Below, piece by piece: positions 18,193 through 27,421 of a stretch of DNA of 53,135 bases. The position numbers and the translations under genes are program-made. The DNA comes from Candidatus Nealsonbacteria bacterium RIFOXYB1_FULL_40_15 (GTDB taxonomy: Bacteria; Patescibacteriota; Minisyncoccia; Minisyncoccales; GWA2-38-27): NCBI GenBank assembly GCA_001821555.1, contig MHMM01000006.1:1-53135 (forward strand), given 5' to 3'. Within the stretch, counting starts at the first letter, position 1; the number at the start of each line of letters is the position of its first letter. The notes under the pieces were generated by a model. The model saw only the letters and a list, made by a program, of their open reading frames with translations. It made no database searches and was not told where the DNA came from.

Positions 18193-18219
18193 AAAAAGCT
18201 CCTCCCTTCAAGGAGGAGC
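18193..18219 (-). terminator. Leader terminator upstream of the hypothetical gene
   Basis: Minus strand GCTCCTCC-TTGAAG-GGAGGAGC-TTTTTGTT. Confidence 0.65.
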
Positions 18220-18238
18220 CGGATTTCTCAAGAAAATC

Positions 18239-18301
18239 TCAAGCGCGCCTCCTAAAGGAGAGTTCCGATAAATTAAGCAATAGGATTTGCGCGTTCATCA
18301 T
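18239..18301 (-). CDS. Putative leader peptide MMNAQILLLNLSELSFRRRA
   Basis: 20-codon ORF starting 7 nt after the -10 box; Leu codons CTA TTG CTT, TTA, CTC and Arg AGG AGG CGC; ends 19 nt before the terminator. Confidence 0.5.
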   Translation of the reverse strand: MMNAQILLLNLSELSFRRRA

Positions 18302-18307
18302 ATTATA

Positions 18308-18336
18308 ACTATATCATTTCAGAAAAATAATAGCAA
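18308..18336 (-). promoter_or_regulatory. Sigma70 promoter of the leader
   Basis: TTGCTA, 17-nt spacer, TATAGT with TGn. Confidence 0.6.
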
Positions 18337-18369
18337 TTAATAGGTTAACATTTGCTGAAAATGCGTAAA

Positions 18370-19497
18370 TTATAGTCTTCCAGTCTTGATATCATTCCTT
18401 ATTTTTTCCACATAAGAATTAAAATAATATAGATTATGAAAAGTGGCAAGACTGGCAGCTGCCATTTCTTTTGCCCTAAAAAGATGGCATATATAGCTTC
18501 TTTTGTGAGTTTTGCAGACAAAACAACCGCATTTTTTATCTAACGGCTTTTGATCTTTTAAAAATAATCTTTTGTTTAGATCCAGTCTTCCTTCTGATGT
18601 AAAAGCTATTCCATGTCTTGCAAATCTTGTCGGGACAATGCAGTCAAAGGTGTCAATTCCCTCTTTTACAACAGGTAAGATATCTTCTAAATACCCTATT
18701 CCCAAGAGATGTCTCGGCTTTTCGTCCGGCAATTCTTTGACCACCCACCTTATCATATCAGCCATTTTCTTTTTATTGCTTCCAAACTCGCCCCCTATTC
18801 CAAATCCATCAAAATCAAGGGAGGATATAAACTTTGCGCTTTTTTTTCTAAGATCTTTAAACCTCCCTCCCTGAACAATTCCGTAAAGCGATTGATTGGT
18901 CTTCTTCGCCCCTAAGCAGGCGCTAGCCCATTTATGAGTCCTCTCAAGAGAATTTTCCACGTATTCTTTTTCTGCCAAGGGAGAGGTACATTCGTCAAAT
19001 GCAAAAATAATATCTGCTCCAAGCATTTCCTGTATTTTAATGGATTCTTCCGGGCCCAAAAAAAGCTTTTTTCCGTCAACAGGAGATTTAAAAAAGACTC
19101 CCTTCTCCATTATTTTAACGTTTTTCGGAGTTGAAGAGGTGCTCAATATTTTTTTGTTTTTTAAAATCTTTCCGACATTTTGATCTCTTCCGAAGCCAAG
19201 AGAAAAAACCTGAAATCCTCCGGAATCAGTCATAAACGGCCGATTCCACCCAGAAAATTTATGCAGGCCTCCTGATCTTTGCACTAGAGCCTCTCCGGGC
19301 TTTAAATGAAGATGAAAAGTATTGGCGATCAGTATCTGGGTTTTTGTTTCTTCAACCCTTTTAAAATCAAGGGACTTCAAAGAGGCCTGGGTTGCAACGG
19401 GAACAAGGCAGGGAGTTTCTACCACTCCGTTTTCTGTTTCAATCAACCCAAGCCTGGCTTTATTTTTTTTAGAGCTTTTCAGGACCGAAAACTTCAT
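18370..19497 (-). CDS. tgt: Queuine/preQ1 tRNA-ribosyltransferase
   Basis: NTFHLHLKPG, TDSGGFQVFSL, FDEC, GIVQGG, PRHLLGIG, Zn site CGCFVC...H. Confidence 0.95.
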   Translation of the reverse strand: MKFSVLKSSKKNKARLGLIETENGVVETPCLVPVATQASLKSLDFKRVEETKTQILIANTFHLHLKPGEALVQRSGGLHKFSGWNRPFMTDSGGFQVFSLGFGRDQNVGKILKNKKILSTSSTPKNVKIMEKGVFFKSPVDGKKLFLGPEESIKIQEMLGADIIFAFDECTSPLAEKEYVENSLERTHKWASACLGAKKTNQSLYGIVQGGRFKDLRKKSAKFISSLDFDGFGIGGEFGSNKKKMADMIRWVVKELPDEKPRHLLGIGYLEDILPVVKEGIDTFDCIVPTRFARHGIAFTSEGRLDLNKRLFLKDQKPLDKKCGCFVCKTHKRSYICHLFRAKEMAAASLATFHNLYYFNSYVEKIRNDIKTGRL

Positions 19498-19539
19498 GCC
19501 CTGATTCTAACAAAAAAATTCTGATTTGGGGAGAGGGTT

Positions 19540-19974
19540 TTATTCTCTGGTGTATAAACCCAAAAGTTCTGATTGCGCCAGGATTCGCCCTTCCATCGCA
19601 AAGATAAGGTCCTGCTTTGACGACTTGGGATGCAGTTTAAGCTCGGTATCTAAAGCGTAGAGATTAAATCTGTAATGATGAGCGCCCGAGGGCGGACAAG
19701 GCCCGCCGTAAGAATCCTTGGCAAAACTATTTTCAAGCTGAATGCCAGGGACAGAATCTTCCTCTATTATATTTGTATCCGGCTTTATATTATATACAAG
19801 CCAGTGATCCCAGACTCCGGTCATCGCATCGGGATCATCTACGATCAAAACATAGCTTTTCGTTCCTTCAGGGGCGTCAGTTATTTCAAGGGGAGGATTT
19901 ACGTCTTTTCCGTCGCAGGTATATTTCTGCGGAATAAAGTCATTGTTTTCAAAAGCGGGGCTGGATAGCTTCAT
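19540..19974 (-). CDS. YbhB/YbcL (PEBP/RKIP-like) protein
   Basis: DPDA, WDHW, YGGPCPPSGAHHYRF. Confidence 0.92.
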   Translation of the reverse strand: MKLSSPAFENNDFIPQKYTCDGKDVNPPLEITDAPEGTKSYVLIVDDPDAMTGVWDHWLVYNIKPDTNIIEEDSVPGIQLENSFAKDSYGGPCPPSGAHHYRFNLYALDTELKLHPKSSKQDLIFAMEGRILAQSELLGLYTRE

Positions 19975-19997
19975 AACTTTATTTTACTTTTTAAAAA

Positions 19998-20831
19998 TTA
20001 AAATAGTTTTAAAAACTTCTCCTTTGATCCGCCAAAAGCATAGCATATCTCTCTAAAGTCGCAGTGGGAACAGAACCTGCCGGGTTTTGCCGGAAATTCT
20101 TTGGTCTTATTTATTTCCTTTATTTTTTCCATTATTTTATTTCTAATATCTTTTGATTTGATTCCTTTTATATTTACATCCTTTATTTTCTTATTAAAAA
20201 GATAATAGAAGCTGGCCTGCTCAACTTTCCTGCCAAAATTCATTTCTGCAAGAAGCTTATACACCTCAAGCTGAAAAGGGCTTGATTTGCTTTTTCCTGT
20301 TTTAAAATCAATAACCTTCAGCCCGCCCCCTTCCGTCTCGTCTATCCTGTCAAATTTGCCTGAAATCAGATATTTGCCGCCTATGGGCTGAATCATTTTT
20401 TCGTAGTCTTCAAACGACTCCCTTATATTCCTGACCGGAACATAAAAAAGATTGGGATTCTGGCTTTCCAAATTAAAAAAGTTCCGGAGAAGAATCAGAG
20501 ATTCTTTGTAAGACTTTCTTTCGTGAAGCAAGTCTTTAAATCCCCCGACCTCTCCTAAGGGGGGTGGTTTTGATGCGTCCTTTTCAGAATACCAGGCTTT
20601 CTTCAGGCATTTTTTAAGATTTGAAAATGTTCTTTTTTTATTGGGATAATAATAAAAAAGGGTTATAGCTCCATGCACCGCCTGGCCTTTTGTAGTATAG
20701 TCTCTGGGCTTAAAAAACTGCTTTCTTATAGGAGAAATATCGGGGTCAAGATAATTAAAAGAATACTGCTGTTTGCACTTGTCAAACGTATCAAGCTTGG
20801 AGAAAGAATATACCTTTGAATAATCAGCCAT
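19998..20831 (-). CDS. PD-(D/E)XK nuclease, RecB/AddB/Cas4-like, with Fe-S Cys set
   Basis: SFSKLDTFDKC, GQAVH, GKFDRID, VIDFKTG, QLEVY, CSHCDFREIC. Confidence 0.88.
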   Translation of the reverse strand: MADYSKVYSFSKLDTFDKCKQQYSFNYLDPDISPIRKQFFKPRDYTTKGQAVHGAITLFYYYPNKKRTFSNLKKCLKKAWYSEKDASKPPPLGEVGGFKDLLHERKSYKESLILLRNFFNLESQNPNLFYVPVRNIRESFEDYEKMIQPIGGKYLISGKFDRIDETEGGGLKVIDFKTGKSKSSPFQLEVYKLLAEMNFGRKVEQASFYYLFNKKIKDVNIKGIKSKDIRNKIMEKIKEINKTKEFPAKPGRFCSHCDFREICYAFGGSKEKFLKLF

Positions 20832-21450
20832 TTTTTCTGAAAGAAAAATAGGAATAAACTACAGAAGCGACAGAAGCCGATATCGCCGATGCCACAAGGA
20901 GAATATAGGGAAAAGGAGTAAAAATCCCAAAAAAAGAAATTATCCCCGCAGCTATAAAGAGCTTTCCTGAAAAGTTGTGCGTTTCTTCCCAGCTCCTGTC
21001 CGACTGTATGGTCCAGGGAGTTCTAATGCCCACAAACCAGTTTTTTTTAATGCGGGGAAGAAATATCCCTATGACTGCAAAAAGCAGGGATATTAAAGGA
21101 ATTATTAAATAATTGATATTAAACCTGTATCCTATTCCATAAGATAAAACAAATCCGTGCAGAAGCAGAAAAAATACTATCATTGAGGATCTTATCCAGA
21201 AATAAGCGTTTTCAAAGCTCTCGTAATTTTTCTTCAAAGGATCTATTTTTGGCAATAAGAACATTAACAGATAAACTGCGAGAGAAAGAACCGGCAAGAA
21301 AAATGTCCCGAATTCTTTGGATCCGAAATCATCGGGTTGGCCCGAAGCGTTCCAGTGGATAGGAATCCTGTCCGGAAGGACAGGATAAAGAAAAAACGCG
21401 GCTGCAAAAGATATGATGATTAAAAAGATGAGAACGAGTTCTTTTTTCAT
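20824..21450 (-). CDS. SdpI-family membrane protein (DUF1648 plus SdpI)
   Basis: LPDRIPIHWNASG, NWFVGIRTPWT, WEETH. Confidence 0.88.
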   Translation of the reverse strand: MKKELVLIFLIIISFAAAFFLYPVLPDRIPIHWNASGQPDDFGSKEFGTFFLPVLSLAVYLLMFLLPKIDPLKKNYESFENAYFWIRSSMIVFFLLLHGFVLSYGIGYRFNINYLIIPLISLLFAVIGIFLPRIKKNWFVGIRTPWTIQSDRSWEETHNFSGKLFIAAGIISFFGIFTPFPYILLVASAISASVASVVYSYFSFRKNG

Positions 21451-21758
21451 ATGAATTCAACAGGCCATCTGGGAATAAACTTTCGTCCTGTCGGCCTGGC
21501 TTTTTTAATTTTTGAAAAAATAAAAGAGCTGCAATGATTGGATCCGACGTTAGAAGCATTCAGGATATGCCCCGGACTCACAATTTCTTTGCTCAAAACT
21601 AAATGCTCCCCTTCTCTGCCAACATCCGTAGAAATGCTGTAGGGCTCAACCTCTCTCCAGCCCTCTCCGCTGTTTTCTGTCTTAGGATAATAAATTTCAA
21701 CGGTTTCCTTTTTGGAGGCGGCGATCACTATAACATCTAGGATATCTTCAAACTCCAT
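21447..21758 (-). CDS. Stand-alone WYL-domain-like protein
   Basis: VEIYY ... GWREVEPY ... ILNA ... SFIFSKI ... TGRKFIPRWP follows the WYL SH3-like pattern. Confidence 0.65.
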   Translation of the reverse strand: MEFEDILDVIVIAASKKETVEIYYPKTENSGEGWREVEPYSISTDVGREGEHLVLSKEIVSPGHILNASNVGSNHCSSFIFSKIKKARPTGRKFIPRWPVEFI

Positions 21759-21779
21759 ATATCCATAATAACAGCTTTT

Positions 21780-22652
21780 TTACAGGCCGGGAAGGACGCT
21801 TCCTTCGTACCATTTTTTGATCTCATCTATGGTGATTATATATCCTATGCTTTCTGCGGCACCCGAAATTATCCAGGCAGGGATTCCAATAAGTTCATTT
21901 TTATCGTTCAGGGCGGCTCCGCCGGAATTACCGGCATCTATTTTTGCGTCTGTTTTCAAGATAAATTCACCGAGCTTCCCTGAAATTATTCCTTGGGTAT
22001 AATTCCAAGTTCCCGCCCCTATGGCAGGATATCCTATAATTGAAACTTCGTCTCCCGGGAAAAGGGATGAAGAGTTTCCCATCTCAACGTAAGGAAATTC
22101 TTCGGGAAAGGACTCTTCCCCGGCGCAGTAAACGCATGCCTCTGTGATTTTTAACACAGCCACGTCAAAACTGAAAACTCCTGGAGAAGCGGGTGAAGAA
22201 GCTATTATGTCTGCAGTATACTTAAAATCAACGGGCTTTGATATATCTTCTGTCACCCCCACATAGCAGGCAGGAGAAGACCTTATGACCGTTGCATCCT
22301 GGTTCAGGACAACATGCTTGTTTGTAAGGATTATGCCATCCGAGCTTATTATTGTCCCCGATCCTATATTCACGAAAGCGTTCTGCTCATAATTATCATC
22401 CGGACACCACAGCTTGACTACAGCAGACGCTTGGTCCGATTCAAAGGATCCTCCTCCCAATTCTCTTTCTATCTGGGAAATTCTTTTGAAAGATTCTTTC
22501 TCCCTCAAAGAGAGCTGATCCTCAACCGAATATTTATCCTGCCAAACAATATTTTCAGCTGAAACAGAGTAAACAAAGAGAAGGACAAGAAAACCCACTA
22601 AAATAATCAGCGTCAAAGATAAAACCCATATAACGGAAAAACCTCTTTTCAT
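21780..22652 (-). CDS. Membrane-anchored trypsin-like (S1C) serine protease without PDZ
   Basis: GSGTII, ILTNKHVV, DVAVLK, IDAGNSGGA. Confidence 0.9.
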   Translation of the reverse strand: MKRGFSVIWVLSLTLIILVGFLVLLFVYSVSAENIVWQDKYSVEDQLSLREKESFKRISQIERELGGGSFESDQASAVVKLWCPDDNYEQNAFVNIGSGTIISSDGIILTNKHVVLNQDATVIRSSPACYVGVTEDISKPVDFKYTADIIASSPASPGVFSFDVAVLKITEACVYCAGEESFPEEFPYVEMGNSSSLFPGDEVSIIGYPAIGAGTWNYTQGIISGKLGEFILKTDAKIDAGNSGGAALNDKNELIGIPAWIISGAAESIGYIITIDEIKKWYEGSVLPGL

Positions 22653-22694
22653 ACTTATATTGTATAAAAAGAAGTTTGTATTTTTAATTAAAAA

Positions 22695-22787
22695 CTAGAT
22701 CACCTGCCAAATAACCAGCCCTCCCGCCACAATTGAACAGGCGAGAATGATTACGATGGCCAGACTTGTTGGAATTTGTTTGTTCAT
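22695..22787 (-). CDS. 30-aa single-TM micro-ORF (signal-anchor-like)
   Basis: MNKQIPTSLAIVIILACSIVAGGLVIWQVI, same orientation as its neighbours; below the ORF-track cut-off. Confidence 0.4.
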   Translation of the reverse strand: MNKQIPTSLAIVIILACSIVAGGLVIWQVI

Positions 22788-22800
22788 CTTATTAAGACCC

Positions 22801-23541
22801 TTAATATATTTCGTAAGTAATTACGGCTGTGACCTGAATTTTATTCTCTCCAGGCTCTATTTCGGGAGCATAGCTTGATTCAGACGACATGTTAGCATAA
22901 TCCCTATAATACGGAACATAGTTGTTTTCAGAGTATGCAATAATTTTCCCGAGTTTTACATCCAAAGCGCCGGCCAGCTCTTCTGCTTTTTCTTTGGCTT
23001 TTTTAACTGCTTCTTCCCTTGCGATTTTTTCAAATTCTTCCTGATTTTCAATTATCAAGCTTAAGCTACTCACCTCGTTTGCCCCCCTTGAAACCGCCAT
23101 TTCTATAGCAGATCCTATTTTAGAAATATCTCCCAGCTTCACCTGAAGCTCGTTTCTGGCTTCGTATCCAGCCAGAACTCTTGTTCCCTTAGATGCATAG
23201 TCAATATAGTCATATTTCGGGTAAATATTAAAGGAGGATGTTTTAAGGTTTTTTTCTTCTACCCCTATTTCCTTAAGGGATTCTATAATATTGTTCATTT
23301 TCTCTGAATTTTTCTCTAGAGCATCAGAAACATCCTTTGATTCAGTAATAACCGAAAAAGAAATCAGGGCTGTGTCTGGCTTTGCATATATCTCCCCTAC
23401 CCCCGAAGAAGAAATCTCTGATTTGGAACGCAATTCCTTTGTTTTGCTATAAGCCCATATAGAAGAAGATATTATAAGGGCTATGACAAAAACCGAAAGA
23501 ACCGCTAGGAAAAGAGACGTTAGTTTTCTATTTTCAAACAT
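22801..23541 (-). CDS. SIMPL (DUF541) domain protein
   Basis: ISSSGVGEIYAKPD, GYEARNEL, AREEAVKKAKEKAEELA, IEPGE. Confidence 0.9.
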   Translation of the reverse strand: MFENRKLTSLFLAVLSVFVIALIISSSIWAYSKTKELRSKSEISSSGVGEIYAKPDTALISFSVITESKDVSDALEKNSEKMNNIIESLKEIGVEEKNLKTSSFNIYPKYDYIDYASKGTRVLAGYEARNELQVKLGDISKIGSAIEMAVSRGANEVSSLSLIIENQEEFEKIAREEAVKKAKEKAEELAGALDVKLGKIIAYSENNYVPYYRDYANMSSESSYAPEIEPGENKIQVTAVITYEIY

Positions 23542-23543
23542 AA

Positions 23544-24068
23544 TTAAAAATATTTATTTATATTGTTTATTAAAGTTTTTGTAATTTCTTCCACAGAAAG
23601 TTCGGGGTCGCACCCTTGATCCCACGTCATTGAAACAGTAAAGTCATATCCCTCGCGATAGAGAGAAGACATTTTCCTACCCGCGTCTATCTGGTAAAAA
23701 GTATTGCCTTGCTTTAAAATAACTTCGATTTTTTCCTTCTTCTGTTTTTGGTTGAATTTTAAATTCCAGTATTCTGCCCACTCTCCGTAATCTCTAGCCA
23801 GGGCTGCTATTTCCACCCTAGCAGAGCATTTCTTCGCGGTTCCCGAACACCAAGTCCTCCCCGCAGATTCTTTGCATTCTTTTGCAAAGTCAAGAGCATC
23901 CTTAAAGGTCTCGTTCACAATCACTTTCGCTTTTTCAAGAGAAAAATCAAGAATCTCGGAATCTGAGACTTCGCTATTTTCAATTTTTTCTGGCTCTCTT
24001 TTGTATAAAAAAATGAGAAAAAGAATCACCGCCAGAACAAATAAAATAATTATAGCGCTCTTTCCCAT
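23544..24068 (-). CDS. Hypothetical membrane-anchored protein
   Basis: N-terminal TM and Cys-containing exported domain; no family recognised. Confidence 0.65.
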   Translation of the reverse strand: MGKSAIIILFVLAVILFLIFLYKREPEKIENSEVSDSEILDFSLEKAKVIVNETFKDALDFAKECKESAGRTWCSGTAKKCSARVEIAALARDYGEWAEYWNLKFNQKQKKEKIEVILKQGNTFYQIDAGRKMSSLYREGYDFTVSMTWDQGCDPELSVEEITKTLINNINKYF

Positions 24069-24173
24069 AGATAATAACGAATAGCTTGTTATTTCGTTTC
24101 AATATTCCAAACCATTCCCGGATCGACAATGATAAGCATCGCGGGAATTCGTAGAATATAACTCATATTTTTA

Positions 24174-25376
24174 TTATAGCATCTTAAAATAGCTTTGGGA
24201 AACCCATGTCAAGAGAGTTCCGACATCTTCAGCCAAATTTTCGGATTCTGAAAGTATGATAGCTATTTTTTTATCTTTTACGCCAAACACAAAGATGCCT
24301 TCTCCAGAACTTGATTCTCCGCCAATAAAAGAACTGTTGTCCGGAAAAAGGTTGTTGCTTTTAAAATCCTTAAGATTTGAAGATACGCCCGCAACCCCAT
24401 CTCCTTTTGTTATTTTCCAGATAAGAGGCTTGGTATTAGTTATATATTTTGCAAGCCGAAATGCATCTTCTGAATCTTTAATATTTTTTATAAGAAGGGA
24501 CTCTGATTTATCATTGATAAGTTTTGGCAACCTTTTCTCTCCTAAAAAAGATTTGAAATGCTCAGCTGGATATGCCTGCCCCGAAAAAAGAGGATAAAGC
24601 AATTCTAAGACAGTGTATCCTCCTAGGATTCTTTCAAGATCTATAACCTCAACCGCTATAACTGCGGTCATCAGCCGGTCAAAAGAATAGGAAGAAAAGG
24701 ATTTATTTTTATTTTTTTCTGCTAGAATTTTGCCAGAACCTATGTCTGCAACCAAAAAAACATCTGCTGAAATATCGCCCATGGGAATTTTCTCTCTCTT
24801 AAAAGAAAAGTCTTCTTTTTTGCTGTCTATAACCAAAACCGGCATATTCAGCTCTGACATTTTATATATTTCTTCGGCATCTTTATCCTTTAATCTTAAA
24901 CATCCTCCCGAATAAACAGATTTGAGCTTCTCTCTTGAAGGATAGTACGGCTCTCCGTGAATGTAGTATTTCCCAAAATAATGAAGAGCATACGGCATAA
25001 AGACTTTTGCTATATTTGAGAAGCTGGCCTTATTCCCAGATAATATTTTATGGATTCCGGCGGCTGATTCCCCCCATGTCTTTGGATTTCCCTTTGCTAT
25101 GATTTCAGCTTCTTTAATAATTTTTCCTTCCTTATAAAGCATCACTTTCATCTCTAAAAGATTGGCTTCTATAAAATCCGTTCCGTTTTCAATAAACTCA
25201 ATTTTCACATCCTCAAAGGTTTTAACTATTTTAGGGTTTCTTTTTAGATTGATATGTTCTGCGGGATTATAAGATATGCTTTCTACTGCCTCCAAAGAAT
25301 AAATAAAAGATTTTCCTATGACAAGGGCTGAAAAAAATAAAAATAAAATAAATGCGAAAAAACCTTTTTTATTCAT
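24174..25376 (-). CDS. L,D-transpeptidase (YkuD) fused to a degenerate S11 D,D-carboxypeptidase domain
   Basis: YYIHGEPY...YSGGCLRL (His/Cys); C-terminal half LVADIGSGKILAEKN...YSFDRLMTA. Confidence 0.75.
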   Translation of the reverse strand: MNKKGFFAFILFLFFSALVIGKSFIYSLEAVESISYNPAEHINLKRNPKIVKTFEDVKIEFIENGTDFIEANLLEMKVMLYKEGKIIKEAEIIAKGNPKTWGESAAGIHKILSGNKASFSNIAKVFMPYALHYFGKYYIHGEPYYPSREKLKSVYSGGCLRLKDKDAEEIYKMSELNMPVLVIDSKKEDFSFKREKIPMGDISADVFLVADIGSGKILAEKNKNKSFSSYSFDRLMTAVIAVEVIDLERILGGYTVLELLYPLFSGQAYPAEHFKSFLGEKRLPKLINDKSESLLIKNIKDSEDAFRLAKYITNTKPLIWKITKGDGVAGVSSNLKDFKSNNLFPDNSSFIGGESSSGEGIFVFGVKDKKIAIILSESENLAEDVGTLLTWVSQSYFKML

Positions 25377-26022
25377 TCTTGATTATCAAAACAAATTCAC
25401 CCCTAGTTTCTCCCTGAGATAAAGCATGCTTCACTTCTTCTAAATTTCCCCTTAAAACAGTTTCAAATTTCTTTGTAAGTTCTCTGCCTAGGACGATTTT
25501 GGGATTGCCCTGGATATCTCCCAATGTCTTTATTATCCTGTGAGTAGATTCGTATATTATAACCGGGTACTTTGAAGATCTTACATCTTCAAAAAACTTT
25601 TTTCTTTTGTTTTTTGAGGGAGGAAAACCCAGAAAAATAAATTTGTCCATGCTAAAACCAGCTATACTTGCTAGCGCCGTCAGAGCCGAAGGCCCCGGAA
25701 TAGGAATTATTCTTGCCAATCCTGATGCTTTTTCCACAAGCATGTTGCCGGGATCGGAAATTCCCGGAGTTCCGGAGTCAGACACCAAAGCCAGCTTATT
25801 CCCTTTTTTCAAGAGATTTAGGATATAGGATGTTTTTTCATCTTTTGTATGCTGATGATAACTGATAATTTCTTTTTTTATCCCAAATTTATCCAGTATC
25901 CTTGATGTCACTCTGGAGTCCTCGGCAAGTACAAAATCAGCTTCTTTCAGAACCTCCAAGGATCTCAAGGTTATATCTTTTAAATTTCCTATTGGGGTTG
26001 CCACTATGTATAATTCGCCCAT
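25369..26022 (-). CDS. rsmI: 16S rRNA C1402 2'-O-methyltransferase
   Basis: LYIVATPIGNLKDIT, AEDSR, SDSGTPGISDPG, RELTKKFE, RGEFVLII. Confidence 0.95.
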   Translation of the reverse strand: MGELYIVATPIGNLKDITLRSLEVLKEADFVLAEDSRVTSRILDKFGIKKEIISYHQHTKDEKTSYILNLLKKGNKLALVSDSGTPGISDPGNMLVEKASGLARIIPIPGPSALTALASIAGFSMDKFIFLGFPPSKNKRKKFFEDVRSSKYPVIIYESTHRIIKTLGDIQGNPKIVLGRELTKKFETVLRGNLEEVKHALSQGETRGEFVLIIKNE

Positions 26023-26096
26023 AAATTTATTCCATATTAGCAGAAAATCTGCAATTAAAAAAGAAGCTCAAAAAAGCTTCTTTCTTAATAAGCGGC

Positions 26097-26300
26097 TTAT
26101 TTCTTGCCCAGCTTGAATGAAACCACAGCTACGTAGATCGCAGCAAGTCCGACCAAAGCATAAACTATGCTGGAGATCACAGTCTCTCCGAAAATCGCAG
26201 AGACCAAGTTAAAATCGGCAAGGCCGACCAACCCCCAGTTCAATCCTCCTATAACCACTAAAATTACTGCGATTGCGTCAAGAACGTTTAAGTTTTTCAT
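26097..26300 (-). CDS. DUF378 small membrane protein
   Basis: LVVIGGLNWGLVGLADFNLVSAIFG...VYALVGLAA. Confidence 0.9.
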   Translation of the reverse strand: MKNLNVLDAIAVILVVIGGLNWGLVGLADFNLVSAIFGETVISSIVYALVGLAAIYVAVVSFKLGKK

Positions 26301-26376
26301 ATATTAAAAAGGATTTAGAAAAGACGACCTTTTTTAGGTATTTTACCATAACTAGAGAATATGCCTGTGGAAAACT

Positions 26377-27417
26377 TTATAGATTTATAAATCTCTCTCT
26401 TATCTCGTCGTATTTATTGTCTGTGACCGCTTTGGTTACAATTCCGTTTTTTACTGATATATTTATTCTATGATCCACAATGACTTGCGCAAGACTTTCC
26501 CCCTCTCTGTCGCCATACCCTGCATTTCTTGAAGAAAAGCTATACTCCGCCTCAAAGCAATTTGCGCATTCTCCGGTTTTGGTTATCTTTTCAAATTTAA
26601 GATTCATCCCGTCAAATTTATAAGTCGGAGCGCTGTTTCTTATCCATGCCTCTGCTTTGGATTTAGCAAGATCTTCCCGGCTTGAATCTATTTTAAAAAC
26701 AACGGGAACTTCAACCGTTCTGGCATTTTCTTCTAGGCCCGACGGATTCGCTTTTTCAAAAATAATTTTTCCGGTTTCAGAATTGGGAGAAAACTCCGGA
26801 GTCGCAGAAAAAGGAACAAAATCTTCTGTCATCCAGTCGCCCTGGGCCGAAGCAGGTTTTTGATCTAAAACCTCTCCATCTTCATTTACTATCTTCACCG
26901 GAAAATCTGCCTCAAAAAACCACCCCCCCCTTGCTTCGCCTTTGATATCAACTGAATTTTCAACTTCCTGGCCGGAATAAGGAGAAAAAATCCTGATATC
27001 TCCCGAAAGAATATGCCAATCGGAGGGGTTTACTCCGGAAATAGTTTTATCCGGCAAAACTTGCGTTTCTTTTATATCATGCGAACCGCATCCCTCTTCC
27101 ATTCCGCAAGCCGCCAATTCCGTATAATATCCTTTAAATTCCGAACCGGGATAAAAAGCTATAATCCTGTAGCTTCCTTCAGGAACTTCTATTCTGTAAT
27201 TTCCTGCCCCGTCAAAGCAAAATTCTTTCTCATTTTCTAAATTAATAGCGCAAACCTTAAAACCCTCCGGTGCATCTCCTTGAGGGTATTCCGCCTCTCC
27301 TTCTATAAAGCCCGTTTTAGAGGCCAATCCGGGCTCCGTCCAATAGTAATAAGCTGTTATTCCTGCAACTATCAAAACAAAAACGATGACTATAAAAATT
27401 GCTGTTTTGGTATTCAT
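26377..27417 (-). CDS. Exported protein with Gmad2 Ig-like domain
   Basis: GEARGGWFFEADFPV ... GDWMTEDFVPF ... KANPSGL, N-terminal TM. Confidence 0.78.
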   Translation of the reverse strand: MNTKTAIFIVIVFVLIVAGITAYYYWTEPGLASKTGFIEGEAEYPQGDAPEGFKVCAINLENEKEFCFDGAGNYRIEVPEGSYRIIAFYPGSEFKGYYTELAACGMEEGCGSHDIKETQVLPDKTISGVNPSDWHILSGDIRIFSPYSGQEVENSVDIKGEARGGWFFEADFPVKIVNEDGEVLDQKPASAQGDWMTEDFVPFSATPEFSPNSETGKIIFEKANPSGLEENARTVEVPVVFKIDSSREDLAKSKAEAWIRNSAPTYKFDGMNLKFEKITKTGECANCFEAEYSFSSRNAGYGDREGESLAQVIVDHRINISVKNGIVTKAVTDNKYDEIRERFINL

Positions 27418-27421
27418 ATGT

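Noticed and set aside
19998-20831. Calling the nuclease Cas4
   Set aside because: No CRISPR context; the motifs fit the general PD-(D/E)XK RecB-like family equally well
24095-24170. Hairpin ATTCCCG…CGGGAAT and a 25-codon ORF between two genes
   Set aside because: No riboswitch consensus recognised and no supporting signals
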